Origin: a virus | Lineage: Duplodnaviria > Caudoviricetes | Strand: one strand, 5' to 3' | Length of the DNA stretch: 34,506 bases | IMG/VR virus record: IMGVR_UViG_3300011437_000018 | Location: 1 to 34,506 of that record | Part shown: in pieces, positions 33,302 to 34,506 of the stretch | How positions within the stretch are numbered: the first letter of the stretch is position 1 | Layout: the number at the start of each line of letters is the position of its first letter | The notes under the pieces: model-generated | The model's input: only the letters and a program-made list of their open reading frames with translations | Database searches by the model: none | What the model was told of the DNA's origin: nothing | Translations under genes and position numbers: made by a program

Positions 33302-33871
33302 TTAATCCTTTATTCTCCCTTCACGTAAGGCTTTCATTATCGCATCCCTGTTTTTCTCGTAGAAGGCTGGATTTTCGATCTGTGCCTTGGTAAAGGTCGT
33401 GGTGTCTCCTCCCTCGGGTGATCCATCAGCAGGATTAACTGGATGATTCACGTCGCTTTTCTTGTCTCCCATCAGAATTTTGCGATTTGCGGTGATCCAC
33501 GCAAGTTTCTTTTCGGGTGGCAAGTCAGGTACTAGACTTTGGCGATCCTTTGGAATTGCTGCAATTTCCGCATCAATGACGGCCTTCAATGCAGTTTCCA
33601 ATTCCGCTGCTCTTGCAGCTTGTGGCTTGAGTTCATCAATAACTTTTTGATGCTCTCCTGCCTTGATTTGTTCATCCTGTTTCCTCTTCGCATCTTCAGC
33701 CTCAAACGTAGCCAATTTGTCAGATTTCTCTTTTAACTGATCATTGACCTCTTTGAAGCGTCCGTATGGAATAGGGTCAGGTTCCTTCGCTGGCGGTATC
33801 GGCGGTGTCGCTGCCGGGGCGGGTGCTGGCTCAGGAGTAGGTGAAGGAGCGGGTGGCGTTGGATCTGCCAT
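33302..33871 (-). CDS. Capsid scaffolding protein
   Basis: Pro-rich N-terminus, IPYGRFKEVN, coiled coil, C-terminal FYEKNRDAIMKALREGRI. Confidence 0.88.
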   Translation of the reverse strand: MADPTPPAPSPTPEPAPAPAATPPIPPAKEPDPIPYGRFKEVNDQLKEKSDKLATFEAEDAKRKQDEQIKAGEHQKVIDELKPQAARAAELETALKAVIDAEIAAIPKDRQSLVPDLPPEKKLAWITANRKILMGDKKSDVNHPVNPADGSPEGGDTTTFTKAQIENPAFYEKNRDAIMKALREGRIKD

Positions 33872-33885
33872 ACTAGTTTTGGGAA

Positions 33886-33937
33886 GAGGCTAAAACGCGC
33901 TTTAACGTCCGCGATGACGATAGCCACTCACACTGTA
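33886..33937 (-). promoter_or_regulatory. Promoter plus pseudoknotted leader of the scaffold gene
   Basis: TACAGT-N6 then GGCTA[T-CGTC-AT-CGCG-GACG-TTAAAG-CGCG-TTT]TAGCC. Confidence 0.65.
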
Positions 33938-33965
33938 CAGAGTAATTATTGATTTCGTCAAAGCC

Positions 33966-34506
33966 TCATCGCTCAGGGTATGAAACATCCTTCCAGTCAA
34001 TGTGTGCTCCCGGGATGATTTTGCTACCGATACTTTCTGTGATGGATAGTTTTCCCATCGGAATACTGCCATCCAAAGAAACTGATCCTGCCGTCTTCGG
34101 ATCTGTGTGCACTTTCACACGATCTGGTATGTCTTCTACATGGAGAACCAAGTGATGCTTTCCGCTGCCTTTATACGTAGAAGATGACTGAAGATCATCT
34201 AAGAACAACTTCCCTGAGTCGGGAGCCATTGCAAAATCCTTATGGCCTGGCCTTCCGTAATACCCTCCTGCTGCGGACAATTCTTTGTTCTCCGGCGTAG
34301 GTGATAGCTTCCCTGTATCAATGATGCTTTGCAGTTCATTGTCATCCACCCAACGGTGCATCTCCCCATTTCTCAAAGGCAAACGCATACCTTCCTCAGT
34401 CTCAAGCGTGATGTTTTTATAGCCCGTTTCGTATTTCATGGCTTCTAACTCACGTTTCGTTTTTTTATCCGGGAATGGGATTTGTTGGTCTCCACCACTT
34501 TCTCCA
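33966..34506 (-). CDS. C-terminal domain of a protein that starts beyond the window (probably the minor capsid extension; ART-like)
   Basis: Frame is open from 34439 to the window edge (GESGGDQQIPFPDKKTKRELEA-MKY); MHRWVDDNELQSIIDTGKL motif. Confidence 0.65.
   Translation of the reverse strand, partial: GESGGDQQIPFPDKKTKRELEAMKYETGYKNITLETEEGMRLPLRNGEMHRWVDDNELQSIIDTGKLSPTPENKELSAAGGYYGRPGHKDFAMAPDSGKLFLDDLQSSSTYKGSGKHHLVLHVEDIPDRVKVHTDPKTAGSVSLDGSIPMGKLSITESIGSKIIPGAHIDWKDVSYPER

Larger units (their letters stand above)
1..34506 (-). mobile_element. Tailed phage genome (siphovirus-like), near-complete, circularly permuted
   Basis: TerS-TerL-portal at left; scaffold-MCP-tail-lysis at right; early genes in the middle; all co-oriented; no host housekeeping genes. 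Confidence 0.95.

Noticed and set aside
44-34155. Numerous plus-strand ORFs in the track (e.g. 11643-12518, 24153-24770, 27561-28103, 18464-18871)
   Set aside because: Antisense shadows of well-supported minus-strand genes, with no motifs or initiation signals
1-34506. Alternative genetic code (TGA/TAG recoding, as in Gracilibacteria or some phages)
   Set aside because: Core genes are full length in code 11, and TGA, TAG and TAA all end genes, often in ATGA overlaps
1-34506. Terminal direct repeat proving circularity
   Set aside because: The first and last bases do not overlap; circularity is inferred only from gene order

Overview
The window is a near-complete ~34.5 kb siphovirus-like (long non-contractile tail) phage genome with essentially every gene on the minus strand. 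In transcription order (right to left) it carries: the C-terminus of a probable minor capsid (MuF-like) protein, scaffold, major capsid, head-tail genes, two tandem tail-tube paralogues, tail chaperone with a -1 slippery site, tape measure, tail tip and fibre genes, a lysis cassette, a non-coding control region (~21.1-21.64 kb), early genes (Sak4-like ATPase, an IS1595 element carrying a DNA-methyltransferase-like passenger, an HTH protein, a replication initiator with iterons, zinc-finger microproteins, KTSC), a second displaced fibre/decoration cassette (6.8-12.7 kb), moron-like genes, a 3D-domain hydrolase, TerS, TerL, portal and the N-terminus of the minor capsid protein. Both window ends fall inside open frames that probably belong to one gene, so the contig looks circularly permuted with a gap. 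No integrase, repressor, tRNA or CRISPR was recognised. The most unusual signals are regulatory: 15 genes have TAnnnT exactly 6 nt before ATG (leaderless), many others have pyrimidine-rich TTCCC(C) leaders instead of Shine-Dalgarno sites, a covarying mini-pseudoknot precedes TerS, scaffold and MCP, and a large pseudoknot precedes the replication gene. A Patescibacteria (Peregrinibacteria/Peribacteria-like) host is inferred but not proven. All family calls are by-eye motif recognition; no searches were run.
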